64,000 nt of DNA, from IMG/VR virus record IMGVR_UViG_3300042255_000018, one strand, 5' to 3'. The notes beneath the pieces are model-generated. The model was not told where the DNA came from. It ran no database searches and worked only from the letters and a program-made list of their open reading frames with translations. The position numbers and the translations under genes are program-made. This DNA comes from a virus. This document shows, piece by piece, positions 1 through 8,962 of this stretch (position 1 is its first letter; each line of letters starts with the position of its first letter).

Positions 1-4
1 AGGT

Positions 5-871
5 ATGACTAGAAGAAGCGGCCACTGGGTAAGTGAGCACTATAGAAACGGAGTAACCGTAGCAGGGCATTACCGCTCAGGATCAATCGTAGCTGACGGC
101 GGTGGAAACGGGGGTTTCCCTCCGGCCTCAATTCCCACTCGGCCGATGCCAAGCCCTATAAAGCTTCCTCCATTACACCATCAAGATCACCAACCTGGCA
201 TGAGTCTGACTTTTCAGACCCAGTGCTTCTGGTGCAACGACGATGTGTTTTTTCATCGGAACAAGGAAGGAGGATGTGTGCTTTTCGACAAGCTGGGCCC
301 TCCTTGGCCTATACACCCTTGCTGGGAAGAACACCAGGAACAGAGAGCAAGGGCTATAGACAAAGCACTTGCCGACCATGCCACGTACCTGAAGACCCTG
401 AAAACAATGGACGAGGGGGTTATCTTGAAAGAAACATTGAGAGGTATAACCAAATCTCACGTAGATGCAAAAGACACTAAGGAACCTTTGCACTTGGAGG
501 GGGTGGTGGTAGCCGACGACCGGGTAGCGTTCATACGCACACTCTGTAATGGCCGAGAGGAGTTGGTAACCGGGTTGCTGCTTGAAACTGCTGATGGACA
601 TACATATCGGGTACTTGTGGATGCCCAGATAAGAGCAATGGCAGGAGTCCATTGCTTTGTCAGACTAACATGCTCAGTTACGAAGAGAAGTAAGGCACAG
701 ATACTGTTCGCAACCGAGATGACCCTACTGGAACCGAATGAGGCTCCACTAACAGTCGTCGCGGAATTAACGCCAGAAGATGCAGTTAGCTCAAAATGGT
801 GTGTCTCTCAAGGTAGAAGCTGGAAACAAGGATACATCCCTGCAAAACCAGACAAAGGAATCGCACCATGA
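5..871 (+). CDS. Hypothetical protein with His/Tyr-rich N-terminal repeat and putative Zn-binding motif
   Basis: 288-aa ORF; GHWVSEHYRNGVTVAGHYRS repeat and CFWC...C...HPC motif; stop overlaps next start (ATGA). Confidence 0.65.
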   Translation: MTRRSGHWVSEHYRNGVTVAGHYRSGSIVADGGGNGGFPPASIPTRPMPSPIKLPPLHHQDHQPGMSLTFQTQCFWCNDDVFFHRNKEGGCVLFDKLGPPWPIHPCWEEHQEQRARAIDKALADHATYLKTLKTMDEGVILKETLRGITKSHVDAKDTKEPLHLEGVVVADDRVAFIRTLCNGREELVTGLLLETADGHTYRVLVDAQIRAMAGVHCFVRLTCSVTKRSKAQILFATEMTLLEPNEAPLTVVAELTPEDAVSSKWCVSQGRSWKQGYIPAKPDKGIAP

Positions 872-1317
872 AACGACTCACCGCAATCGCAACCATCATT
901 GTATCAGCATCATTACTAACTGCCTGCGGCCCAATGCCATCAAACAGCAACTACGTAAGCCCAGCAACCCAGAACAGGAACGCGGTGCACTACTTCCAGA
1001 CACAGAGGCTCAATGCAAGGGTCGCCTGCGATACCAAAGAGCAGTGCGACAGGGCGTTCATGGCTGCGAAGAACTACGTCATTGAACATTCTCACATGCG
1101 GGTCCAACACTCTGATGAGATGTCGATTTCGACCTATAGGCCAAGTATTCATGGCAACGCCATGTACTCATTGAGCGCGAGAATGGTCCCAGTGTCCGGT
1201 GGTAAGTATGAAATACGACCAGACGGAGAGTGCGTTATCGACATCCCAGAATGCCTGCGACCGCTCGCTGCCAAGATCAGGAATTTCAGAACCGTGGTCT
1301 CAGCCGCTATTGAATAA
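868..1317 (+). CDS. Putative lipoprotein
   Basis: Basic N-terminus, hydrophobic stretch and lipobox LTAC; AAGGA RBS. Confidence 0.75.
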   Translation: MKRLTAIATIIVSASLLTACGPMPSNSNYVSPATQNRNAVHYFQTQRLNARVACDTKEQCDRAFMAAKNYVIEHSHMRVQHSDEMSISTYRPSIHGNAMYSLSARMVPVSGGKYEIRPDGECVIDIPECLRPLAAKIRNFRTVVSAAIE

Positions 1318-1350
1318 TCCCTGGCCACCTCCGGCCGCCGCATCACATAC

Positions 1351-1833
1351 ATGGCAAAACGCTGTTATAGAGCACTGCAGTTCACAACTATGAAAGACCT
1401 CGCTACCAAAGCCGCTGCCAATGCAAAGCCACACCAGATACCCTCACCTGTGGAGGAGCAGGAGGTGGTGTACACGTACATCCACCCATCTGCCAAACCT
1501 ACAAAGGGAGAGGTCATTGCTTTAAGAGAGGCTTTGCAGAGGACTCTTGGGATAACCAGCCTGTACGGAGGTAGGCGGCTATGCGGAAAACTACTGCAGA
1601 TACGCCCTGAGAACTGGCTGCACTGGGAAACCGACATATCGCTGCCCAGACCTGCGTCATGGGAGCTGGCAAATGCGAAGATCAGGCACTTGATAAGGGT
1701 GTGCAGCGATCCCAGCAACCCTCCAGATGGCGATCCTCTGTATGAGCGGTACAAGGAGGACATCGAAATCGCAAGGACGACGAAGCCGAAAATGAGGTAT
1801 GTAAGCAGGTACAGGAGGGTTGTCGTGGAATAA
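1351..1833 (+). CDS. Putative HTH (XRE-like) DNA-binding protein; start may be ATG 1390
   Basis: EVIALREAL...LCGKLLQIRPENWLHWE...P pattern resembles an XRE-type helix-turn-helix. Confidence 0.5.
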   Translation: MAKRCYRALQFTTMKDLATKAAANAKPHQIPSPVEEQEVVYTYIHPSAKPTKGEVIALREALQRTLGITSLYGGRRLCGKLLQIRPENWLHWETDISLPRPASWELANAKIRHLIRVCSDPSNPPDGDPLYERYKEDIEIARTTKPKMRYVSRYRRVVVE

Positions 1834-1953
1834 ACACCCTCAGCAAATTCACTCCTACCCTTGATTTAGGCCCTCTCCCAATGTACATTTGTACAAATGC
1901 ACACTAAGTTCAGGCTAAATAGCCGTAAAACTCCCTAACCAAGGCCATTTTCC

Positions 1954-2262
1954 ATGTCAAAACCACAAAATTCTACCCAAAAGCACACAAAATCCCATCA
2001 GGTCACCAATTTGATGGATACCTTCGGCATGAGCCGCACCCAGGCTACCAAAGTGCTGGATGCTGTTGTTAACGACATTGAGGCAGCTCTGCATAACGGT
2101 AAAGAAGTGCAGCTGTTCGGTGTTGGTACCCTGTACGTGAAGGACGTGGCATCCCGTCAGCGCGTTAACCCTGGTACTCGTGAGCTGTTCACCATGCCGG
2201 CGCACAAGCGCGTTGCGTTCCGCCAGTCCAAGGCTGGTCAGAAGCGCTTGAACGGCAACTGA
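1954..2262 (+). CDS. HU/IHF-family DNA-binding protein
   Basis: EVQLFGVGTL...RQRVNPGTRE...PAHKRVAFRQSK HU signature. Confidence 0.9.
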   Translation: MSKPQNSTQKHTKSHQVTNLMDTFGMSRTQATKVLDAVVNDIEAALHNGKEVQLFGVGTLYVKDVASRQRVNPGTRELFTMPAHKRVAFRQSKAGQKRLNGN

Positions 2263-2340
2263 TCAGCATTGCTCCTGGGCCACGCCATACCATAATCCAT
2301 CGCCCGGGAGCAGCCCACGCCATCAACAACGAGCAGACCC

Positions 2341-2925
2341 ATGTCAGAAGCCAAATTCGACCTTCCTTCACGGGCCAGAATGCCCACAGCAGACCCTACC
2401 GTGCATTCGTTCAACTCTGCTGAGGAGATGGACATCGGTATTCGGTCGAAACCTGAGAATCCTGCCTTCTACAGCGAGAAGTTCTTCGATGAGACTTCCC
2501 TGGGCCAGGCGGTGACCGAAGTCATCCTCGGGTTGCAGAACAACATGGTCCCCAAGACCCACGTCCAGCAGCTGGCAATGAACTTGCCGCTGACAAGTAA
2601 GGACGATCAGGAGTTTGGGGTGACGTTCTCATTGCTGGCCGAAATCAACCAGCAGATGACGATCATCAAAGGACTGCGTAATCAGGTATTCACGCCGGTC
2701 GGTCAGATCAGGCCCGACTTCGATTTCAAGGATGCCAAGTACGTCCTGCAGGCGAATGATCAGATGCTCAAGACCTTGATGCAGAAGCACAAGGAGCTGG
2801 TCAACACAGAGCGATTCCAGAAGATCGAAGCCGCTGTACACGCTGCTATCGACAAACTGATGCCGACGCAGCGCGAACTGTTTGTGTCGGAGCTTAATAG
2901 GAATCTTGGGGAGGATACGCAATGA
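2341..2925 (+). CDS. Hypothetical helical protein, candidate terminase small subunit
   Basis: 194-aa ORF upstream of terL; function inferred from position only. Confidence 0.45.
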   Translation: MSEAKFDLPSRARMPTADPTVHSFNSAEEMDIGIRSKPENPAFYSEKFFDETSLGQAVTEVILGLQNNMVPKTHVQQLAMNLPLTSKDDQEFGVTFSLLAEINQQMTIIKGLRNQVFTPVGQIRPDFDFKDAKYVLQANDQMLKTLMQKHKELVNTERFQKIEAAVHAAIDKLMPTQRELFVSELNRNLGEDTQ

Positions 2926-2962
2926 CCCTGGCTCAATTTCCCCGGCAAGTGGAGGACACGCA

Positions 2963-3223
2963 ATGACTTCCGTCAAGTGCCAGCATTACTCAAGTTTCGG
3001 GTACGCCTCAGGTATACCACCGTGGATCAAGTGCTCCTACTGCGATGACTTCCACTGCACCATCCACCACGAGCATGTGGCCGATTGCGACTGCCCGAGT
3101 ATCGACGTGTGGCTTGATTACAACCTGGACCCGTATTCTCCTGTCGAGGAGTACCAGATACCACGCCTGCAGGCGATGCTGAGCCAGAACCCGGCCTGCG
3201 ATCCATCCGAGGAGCATTTCTGA
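2963..3223 (+). CDS. Small Cys/His-rich hypothetical protein
   Basis: GGAGG RBS then ATG 2963; CSYC..HC..HH.H...CDC motif. Confidence 0.65.
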   Translation: MTSVKCQHYSSFGYASGIPPWIKCSYCDDFHCTIHHEHVADCDCPSIDVWLDYNLDPYSPVEEYQIPRLQAMLSQNPACDPSEEHF

Positions 3224-3720
3224 TGTACGGCGAACTTCAAGGTTTGATGAACTCAGGCAGCTATAGCTTTGCTGAGGTGTGGTTGCTGAGCTTCTTTGCT
3301 TTGATGTGGGACTTTCCGATCTTTTGGGCAGCGTTTTTGAGCGCGGTGTTCGGCCATTACGCTGTTCAGATGGTGAAGGCACTGATCACGCTGATCACGA
3401 TCCTGCCGACTGGCCACCGAGGCGTCATAAGGTACAAGCAGTTCATGCTGATCTGGAGCTATGTAAGTGCTCAGCGCACGACCAAGATGCCGATAAGTAC
3501 CATCACTCGCTCCCGCAAGATATTCATTTTCGCTCACACGCTGATGAACCTGCTGCCAGGGTACTGGAACGTGAGGGACGCTGACTTTACCCAGCTGCAT
3601 AAGCTGGTGGAGGGGTGGTGCCCATTTGGAGCGAAGGTGTGGCTGAACGGGGTGGCGATGAAGGTCACGTGGTACCCGAACTTCAACTGGGAACGTCGGG
3701 ATGAGCATCTGAGTGTTTGA
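3223..3720 (+). CDS. Hypothetical membrane protein
   Basis: Hydrophobic N-terminal half; TGATG coupling to upstream gene. Confidence 0.6.
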   Translation: MYGELQGLMNSGSYSFAEVWLLSFFALMWDFPIFWAAFLSAVFGHYAVQMVKALITLITILPTGHRGVIRYKQFMLIWSYVSAQRTTKMPISTITRSRKIFIFAHTLMNLLPGYWNVRDADFTQLHKLVEGWCPFGAKVWLNGVAMKVTWYPNFNWERRDEHLSV

Positions 3721-3763
3721 CGTTGTGGAGTCTATATCGAATTTCAGGCTACACAAACAAGTT

Positions 3764-3940
3764 GGCCCCACAGGCGACCAAACCTGTGGGGCCGTGAAAG
3801 CTGGGGACCAACCCAGCTCCCTAACCAAAAGACCACTAGAACGACCAAGAACTAGCGGCAAAGCCAATATCGCACAATCAGCCTTTGCCATCAAGTTATT
3901 TGGTTAAACCATAAATAGGTAAAGGCAAAACTGATGGCAG
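3764..3940 (+). ncRNA. Putative structured RNA (terL leader or sRNA) with GACCAA-containing hairpin loops
   Basis: Perfect 11-bp stem with loop CGACCAAA (3764-3793), 7-bp stem with loop GACCAA (3799-3818), a weaker third stem around GACCAA (3833-3858). Confidence 0.55.
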
Positions 3941-5751
3941 ATACCGTTACAGAAGGCTTCCTCACACGCATTAACTCCCGCGTGGACTCGATAGAAGGGC
4001 AGGCGAAGCACTCCGAGTGGGTGCAGAAGCACACCAGCATTGAGGGCCGGCCATTCAGCTTTCAGGACCACGAGATGCAGCAGGAGATATTCGACGATCC
4101 TGCCTCCCGTATCGCTGTCAAGAAGTGCTCACAGATCGGCCTGTCAGAGTTGCAGGTGCGAAAGCTGCTGACCATCGCGGCTGTTGCCCGGTACGTCCGT
4201 GTGATCTACACACTCCCGACCCGGCAGTTCGCCATGCGATTCTCGAAAGACCGTATCGACTCGACCATTGCTCAGTCAGAGACCCTGAGCGGGATGCTGA
4301 AGCGCGGCGCTGATGCTGCAGAGCAGAAGATTTTCACCAACTCAAACGTCATCTACGTCACTGGTACCTTCGGTGACGTATCTGCGATCTCAGTACCTGC
4401 TACCTATGTCGTAAACGACGAGTTGGACTTCTCCAACCTCGAAGTCATCGGCAAGATGTCATCTCGTCTTCGTCACGCCCCGATGAACAAGGATGGCTAC
4501 CGTGGGTATCACTACAAGTTCAGCACTCCCACGCTGCCCAACTTCGGGGTGGCCGAGGCGTTTGAGTCCGGCAGTCAAGCCTATTACATGGTGCAGTGTG
4601 AGAAATGCAATCACCATCAGGCGCCGAGCTGGTATAAGGACTTTGTGATCCCTGGGTGGGACAACCCGCTCGATGAGCTGGATGGCCAGGTTGTCAGAAT
4701 GCTCATGGACAGAGGACTGCACCAGAACGCCTACCTAAAGTGCGAGAAGTGCGGCCACGACCTGCAAAACTCCCTGCTTGACCCTGCCAAGCGGCAGTGG
4801 GTCCGCAAACACCCGGATCGGGTTGAGAGTTCCTACCAGATCAGTCCGTGGGATGTCCCAACCTACAACACTCCCAAGTCGATCCTGACGCAGTTTCCTG
4901 AATACGCCCGTACCATGGACTTCTACAACTTCGTACTCGGCCTTGAGTATGAGGATGCTGATTCGGTATTCATCACTGAGAACTTCAGGACCCAGGTGCA
5001 GGCGCAGTGGAAGGCCTACATCGAGGATCAGATAGAAGTCGGCGCCCTAATGCGGATCATCTTCTCCAATGCGGTTGCCGGGATGGACGTAGGCAAGATT
5101 TGCCACTTCACCGTGGCCATCCCACAAGGCAAGTCGATGCACATCGTCTACGCGGAGGAGATTCACCACACCCAGGCCAAGCCAGCCAAAAACAAGATCA
5201 TGGCCAGGATCGCCTATTTTGGCGTCAGGACGTTTTGTATGGACGCCGGGCCAGACATCACACTGGTACGAGAACTCACGTCCTGGGGCTGGATGAATGG
5301 CGTCAACGCCTATGCGGTGGAGTACGTGAAGAAAGTGGGCCTGAAGACCTACGAACTGCCGGATGATCCTGCTGCCGAACCGGTGGCCAAGGTCAACAGG
5401 ACGAACATGTTCTCCGACCTGATGAAGCTGCACAACACCGGCTACATCCAGTACCCGCGCCGGGATGCGGCGCCGATCATGGATGTGTTCAAGGAGCAGG
5501 TCACCAACGTCAAGAAAATCTCCAGGGAAGACGGTACCGGGGACATGATCGAGGTCATCGTGAAGACCGGCCCAGACCACTTCGGGCACAGTCTGAACTA
5601 TACCTATTTGGCATTTCTGATCGCGTCAGAAGGTGGACGGTCACATGTGGTTGGCGCGTTACCAGGGGTCTCCGGGGTGAAAATGCGGGACTCCGATTTC
5701 GATGAGGATGCTGAGCGCCTGAGAGACCCGTTGGCGGGGTATAGACGGTAA
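3934..5751 (+). CDS. Terminase large subunit (GpA-like)
   Basis: Walker A-like KCSQIGLSE, VVNDE Walker B, STPT coupling motif, CEKC Zn motifs, GMDVG and DHFGH nuclease motifs. Confidence 0.92.
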   Translation: MADTVTEGFLTRINSRVDSIEGQAKHSEWVQKHTSIEGRPFSFQDHEMQQEIFDDPASRIAVKKCSQIGLSELQVRKLLTIAAVARYVRVIYTLPTRQFAMRFSKDRIDSTIAQSETLSGMLKRGADAAEQKIFTNSNVIYVTGTFGDVSAISVPATYVVNDELDFSNLEVIGKMSSRLRHAPMNKDGYRGYHYKFSTPTLPNFGVAEAFESGSQAYYMVQCEKCNHHQAPSWYKDFVIPGWDNPLDELDGQVVRMLMDRGLHQNAYLKCEKCGHDLQNSLLDPAKRQWVRKHPDRVESSYQISPWDVPTYNTPKSILTQFPEYARTMDFYNFVLGLEYEDADSVFITENFRTQVQAQWKAYIEDQIEVGALMRIIFSNAVAGMDVGKICHFTVAIPQGKSMHIVYAEEIHHTQAKPAKNKIMARIAYFGVRTFCMDAGPDITLVRELTSWGWMNGVNAYAVEYVKKVGLKTYELPDDPAAEPVAKVNRTNMFSDLMKLHNTGYIQYPRRDAAPIMDVFKEQVTNVKKISREDGTGDMIEVIVKTGPDHFGHSLNYTYLAFLIASEGGRSHVVGALPGVSGVKMRDSDFDEDAERLRDPLAGYRR

Positions 5752-5846
5752 CTTCAACCTTTGTCCAAATGTACATTTGACACTTAGGCACAAACAAATG
5801 TACATTTGGACATATACCAACTAGCTTCTGACCAAAAGTGACCAAC

Positions 5847-6173
5847 ATGACCACACCTGTTAAAATGGATGTAATGCCGCACAAGGCATATTGCGCCCTG
5901 ATCGGTAAGGGCGATCAGTACGTCAAAGGCAAGATCAAAGACGGCAAATGGGAGGAGGGTGTTCAGTTCTTCCATGATCCCGATGGCCAGATTTGGGTCT
6001 CTCTATCAGGTGTGGAAGCGTGGGTGAAAAGCAGTATCCAACGGGCGTCCGGCCATACGGCTCAGGCATCCAAGTCCGTTTCAGCTGGGACAAGAAGCGG
6101 TACGAGCCAATCTGGCCGCGCAAGCCGAGCCCGAAAAACCTCGCAGCAGCCTCAGCCCTTCGTGCTGAGATAA
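5847..6173 (+). CDS. Excisionase (Xis)-like protein overlapping the int 5' end
   Basis: GKWEEGVQFFHDPDGQIWVSLSGVEAWV motif; the overlap with int is typical of this integrase type. Confidence 0.75.
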   Translation: MTTPVKMDVMPHKAYCALIGKGDQYVKGKIKDGKWEEGVQFFHDPDGQIWVSLSGVEAWVKSSIQRASGHTAQASKSVSAGTRSGTSQSGRASRARKTSQQPQPFVLR

Positions 6174-7165
6174 TCCTACGCGCCAAAAGCGGGATACTCT
6201 CACTGGAATATCTCGCTGACCACTTCCCTGAATACGCCCACGCCAAAGAGCACTCTGAAGCCAATCCAAAGTACCTCCTCTGCACCCTGGCACAGGACTT
6301 TCTCGATAACAGCGGGATGCCTGCCAACAGCAGAACTTCATACCGTCAGCAGCTCAACGCCTACGTGATGCCAGAACTGGCCCAGATTGATGTTCGATAT
6401 TGCACAGAGGGTGACCTGGTGGCATGGAGCCGGGCGCAGAAGTTCACATCACAGTCAGTTCGCAACCTTGCCTACAGTGCCTTGCGAAAGGTCATGGCCC
6501 TGGCCGTCAGCTACGGCTACATCTCCAAGTCTCCAGCAGAAGTGCTCAAGATCACCAAGGACAATGACACTGAACCTGACCCACTGACCCCCGAAGAGCG
6601 GGACGCAGTTCTCGCATGGCTGGAGAAAAAGTACACTGGCCGGCAGCGGTCGATCTACCTGTACTACGTGATCGGTTTCTGGACAGGGATGCGGCCAAGC
6701 GAGATGATCGCACTGGAACAGCGGGACGTGATGCTGAGCACCGGACGAGTGTCAGTGTCGAAGCTCATTTCAAAAGGGCAGGTGCAGGCGTACACCAAGA
6801 CCAAGAAAAACCGGATCGTACTGATGAACGAATTCTCTCGCCAGGCGTTTGAGGAGCTGCTGGAATTGGGAAAGGGCAATCCTGTTTCCCATAGGCTACT
6901 CTGGACGTACCGGGCGCCAGAGGGATTCAAGAGCCTCACCACGTTCCGTGATCGGCTGAACCAGGCGTTCGTGGAGTCTGGTATTCGTGTCAGAAGCACG
7001 TATTCTATGCGCCACACCTATGCGTCGGTGTGCCTCATGGCAGGCATCACTCCTGCGTTTGTAGCTCAGCAGTTGGGAAACACAGTGCCGGTGCTTTTGA
7101 GCCGGTATGCGAAGTGGATCAGCTCCGATGCCGACATGCTTGAAATGTCGAAATTGGGAAAATAA
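6020..7165 (+). CDS. int: Tyrosine integrase with N-terminal arm-binding domain
   Basis: YPTGVRP N-terminus, TGMRPSE, MRHTYAS, QLGN...RYAKW catalytic motifs; start at GTG 6020 or TTG 5993. Confidence 0.92.
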   Translation: MGEKQYPTGVRPYGSGIQVRFSWDKKRYEPIWPRKPSPKNLAAASALRAEIILRAKSGILSLEYLADHFPEYAHAKEHSEANPKYLLCTLAQDFLDNSGMPANSRTSYRQQLNAYVMPELAQIDVRYCTEGDLVAWSRAQKFTSQSVRNLAYSALRKVMALAVSYGYISKSPAEVLKITKDNDTEPDPLTPEERDAVLAWLEKKYTGRQRSIYLYYVIGFWTGMRPSEMIALEQRDVMLSTGRVSVSKLISKGQVQAYTKTKKNRIVLMNEFSRQAFEELLELGKGNPVSHRLLWTYRAPEGFKSLTTFRDRLNQAFVESGIRVRSTYSMRHTYASVCLMAGITPAFVAQQLGNTVPVLLSRYAKWISSDADMLEMSKLGK

Positions 7166-7393
7166 TGGGAAACGAAAAATACCGACGCTTGTAACCGCCT
7201 GATATTAAAGGCGTTTTGAAAACCTATTGATAAGACATGGATATCAACGCTAACCCGTCTCGACCCGCCACGACCCATAAAACAATCACTTACCCATCAT
7301 TTTGGTTCGATACGGTGGGAAAGTTGGGTTCAGTTTTGGGAAAACAGGCCTTTTAAAAGTCCATTTGGGAAAAAATTTGGGAAACTGGGAAAG
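7154..7393. other. Probable attP region
   Basis: TGGGAAA arm-like repeats at 7155, 7166, 7316, 7338, 7366, 7378, 7386 flanking an AT-rich centre with inverted TTGATA-N9-TATCAA and IHF-like sites. Confidence 0.7.
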
Positions 7394-7433
7394 GTCATAA
7401 TTGCCTGTATGATAACCTGATTTCTTGACAGGC

Positions 7434-7462
7434 TTGTACAAATGTACATTTGTACATAAAAT
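7434..7462 (+). promoter_or_regulatory. Putative sigma70 promoter of the portal operon overlapped by a 22-bp palindrome
   Basis: TTGTAC-17-TAAAAT; TGTACAAATGTACATTTGTACA at 7435-7456. Confidence 0.55.
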
Positions 7463-7491
7463 GGCGATCATGTACTCCATGGTGATCGTCA

Positions 7492-8937
7492 ATGGCCGCA
7501 GTCTCGTCAGGTAAAAAGCAGCAAGTCATCTTGCCAAAGCGGCAGGTTGGCAAGGTGCGTTCCGGCACTCCTTATGCAGGGGAGCGGGACTCTGACATCT
7601 CAAATCCGTATGAGCGGTTTGTAGAAGAGCTGTCCAGCGTCCTCCGTAAGCGAGGGGACTCCACAGCGATCATCCGGGCGCTCGCCGCCCAAGACGGCAT
7701 GATGTCCACCGCCGTCTACTCCATGGTTCAGATTGCAAAAACCGAACACGATGTAATCGCCTACGACAGCGAGACCAACGCTGCATCGAAGGAAGGTACG
7801 TTGATCGCCCAGTACATCATGGGACTGATGGATACCCTCAGCGATTACAGCAAGGGCTTCAACCACAAGCGCTCGATCAACGCCGTCAAGGAAACCCTCA
7901 TCCGCGAGGTGGGCCTGACAGGCGGCTGCGCAGGTGAGCTGGTCCTGAATGATCAGATGCTGCCAGATCGCATCCAGGTCGTCGCCTACAACACCCTCAG
8001 CAAGAAGTCTGATGGTAAGGGTGCCTATTACCCGACTCAGAAAGCCTCCAGCGGTGGCGAGGATGTGAATCTCAACATCCCGACGTTCTTTGTGGCTGAG
8101 AGCAACCTGGAAGCCGAAGACGCCTACGCATTTTCTCTGTTCCGCGCAGGTCTCAAGCAGTCGTTTATGCTGCAGGAATTCCTGGAGGACACTCGCCGTG
8201 GCGTTCGCAAAACCGGACACAGCCGTCTGGTCGCCAAGCTCATCACTGAGCAGATTGCAGCCACAGCCAGCCAGGAAACCAAGAACGACCCCAAGAAAAT
8301 GGCGGCGTACCTGGCGCAGGTCAAGGCCGATGTTGAGACAGCGCTTGCCGGTATCGAGCCAGATGACGCAGTGGTGTCGTTCGACTCTGTAGAGTTCAGC
8401 GTGGAAGACACCGGGGGCAACAAGTCTGACTACGCACCACTGCTGAAACTGCTCTCGAACATGACCGGCAGCTCTATGAAGACCCCAAGCTCCATCTCTG
8501 GTCTTCGCACAGACGGCTCTCAATCATTGAGCAATGCAGAGACGCTGACTTACCTCAAGATCGCCAAATCCCTCACCGCCCCGGTAGAAGACCTGATGAG
8601 TCGCATCCTGACTCTGGCAACCAGGCTGTACGGTCTCCCGGTGTACGTGAAATTCAAGATGCGCGAGATCGACTTGCGCCCTGACAGCGAGCTGGAAGCC
8701 TACAAAACAGCTCGCCAGAACAGAATCCTTCAACTGCTGTCGTTCGGCCTTATGGACGATGTTACCGCCCGGTGCGACCTCGGCATCCGAATCACTTCGG
8801 ACATGACAGAGCTGGCAGGAACCGGTTTTTACACCGCCTCCCAAGGTGAACCAGAAGCACCCGTAGATCGGGCAGATGCAATGGGCAAAGACCTGAATCC
8901 AGGTACACCAACCAAAGCAGGGGGCTCCGATCAGTGA
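7492..8937 (+). CDS. Portal protein
   Basis: 481-aa helical ORF directly before the head protease; size and position fit. Confidence 0.8.
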   Translation: MAAVSSGKKQQVILPKRQVGKVRSGTPYAGERDSDISNPYERFVEELSSVLRKRGDSTAIIRALAAQDGMMSTAVYSMVQIAKTEHDVIAYDSETNAASKEGTLIAQYIMGLMDTLSDYSKGFNHKRSINAVKETLIREVGLTGGCAGELVLNDQMLPDRIQVVAYNTLSKKSDGKGAYYPTQKASSGGEDVNLNIPTFFVAESNLEAEDAYAFSLFRAGLKQSFMLQEFLEDTRRGVRKTGHSRLVAKLITEQIAATASQETKNDPKKMAAYLAQVKADVETALAGIEPDDAVVSFDSVEFSVEDTGGNKSDYAPLLKLLSNMTGSSMKTPSSISGLRTDGSQSLSNAETLTYLKIAKSLTAPVEDLMSRILTLATRLYGLPVYVKFKMREIDLRPDSELEAYKTARQNRILQLLSFGLMDDVTARCDLGIRITSDMTELAGTGFYTASQGEPEAPVDRADAMGKDLNPGTPTKAGGSDQ

Positions 8938-8962
8938 ACCTGAAATCTGAGGTAGACGGCCT

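Noticed and set aside
7070..7110. Integrase inactive because of LGN instead of LGH
   Set aside because: The R, H-x-x-R-equivalent region and catalytic Tyr are retained, and substitution at this position occurs in tyrosine recombinases; not enough to call a pseudogene.
7600..8523. Long antisense ORFs (e.g. 7600-8523, 38375-39229, 44654-45481)
   Set aside because: They mirror well-supported genes on the opposite strand, as expected from codon bias.
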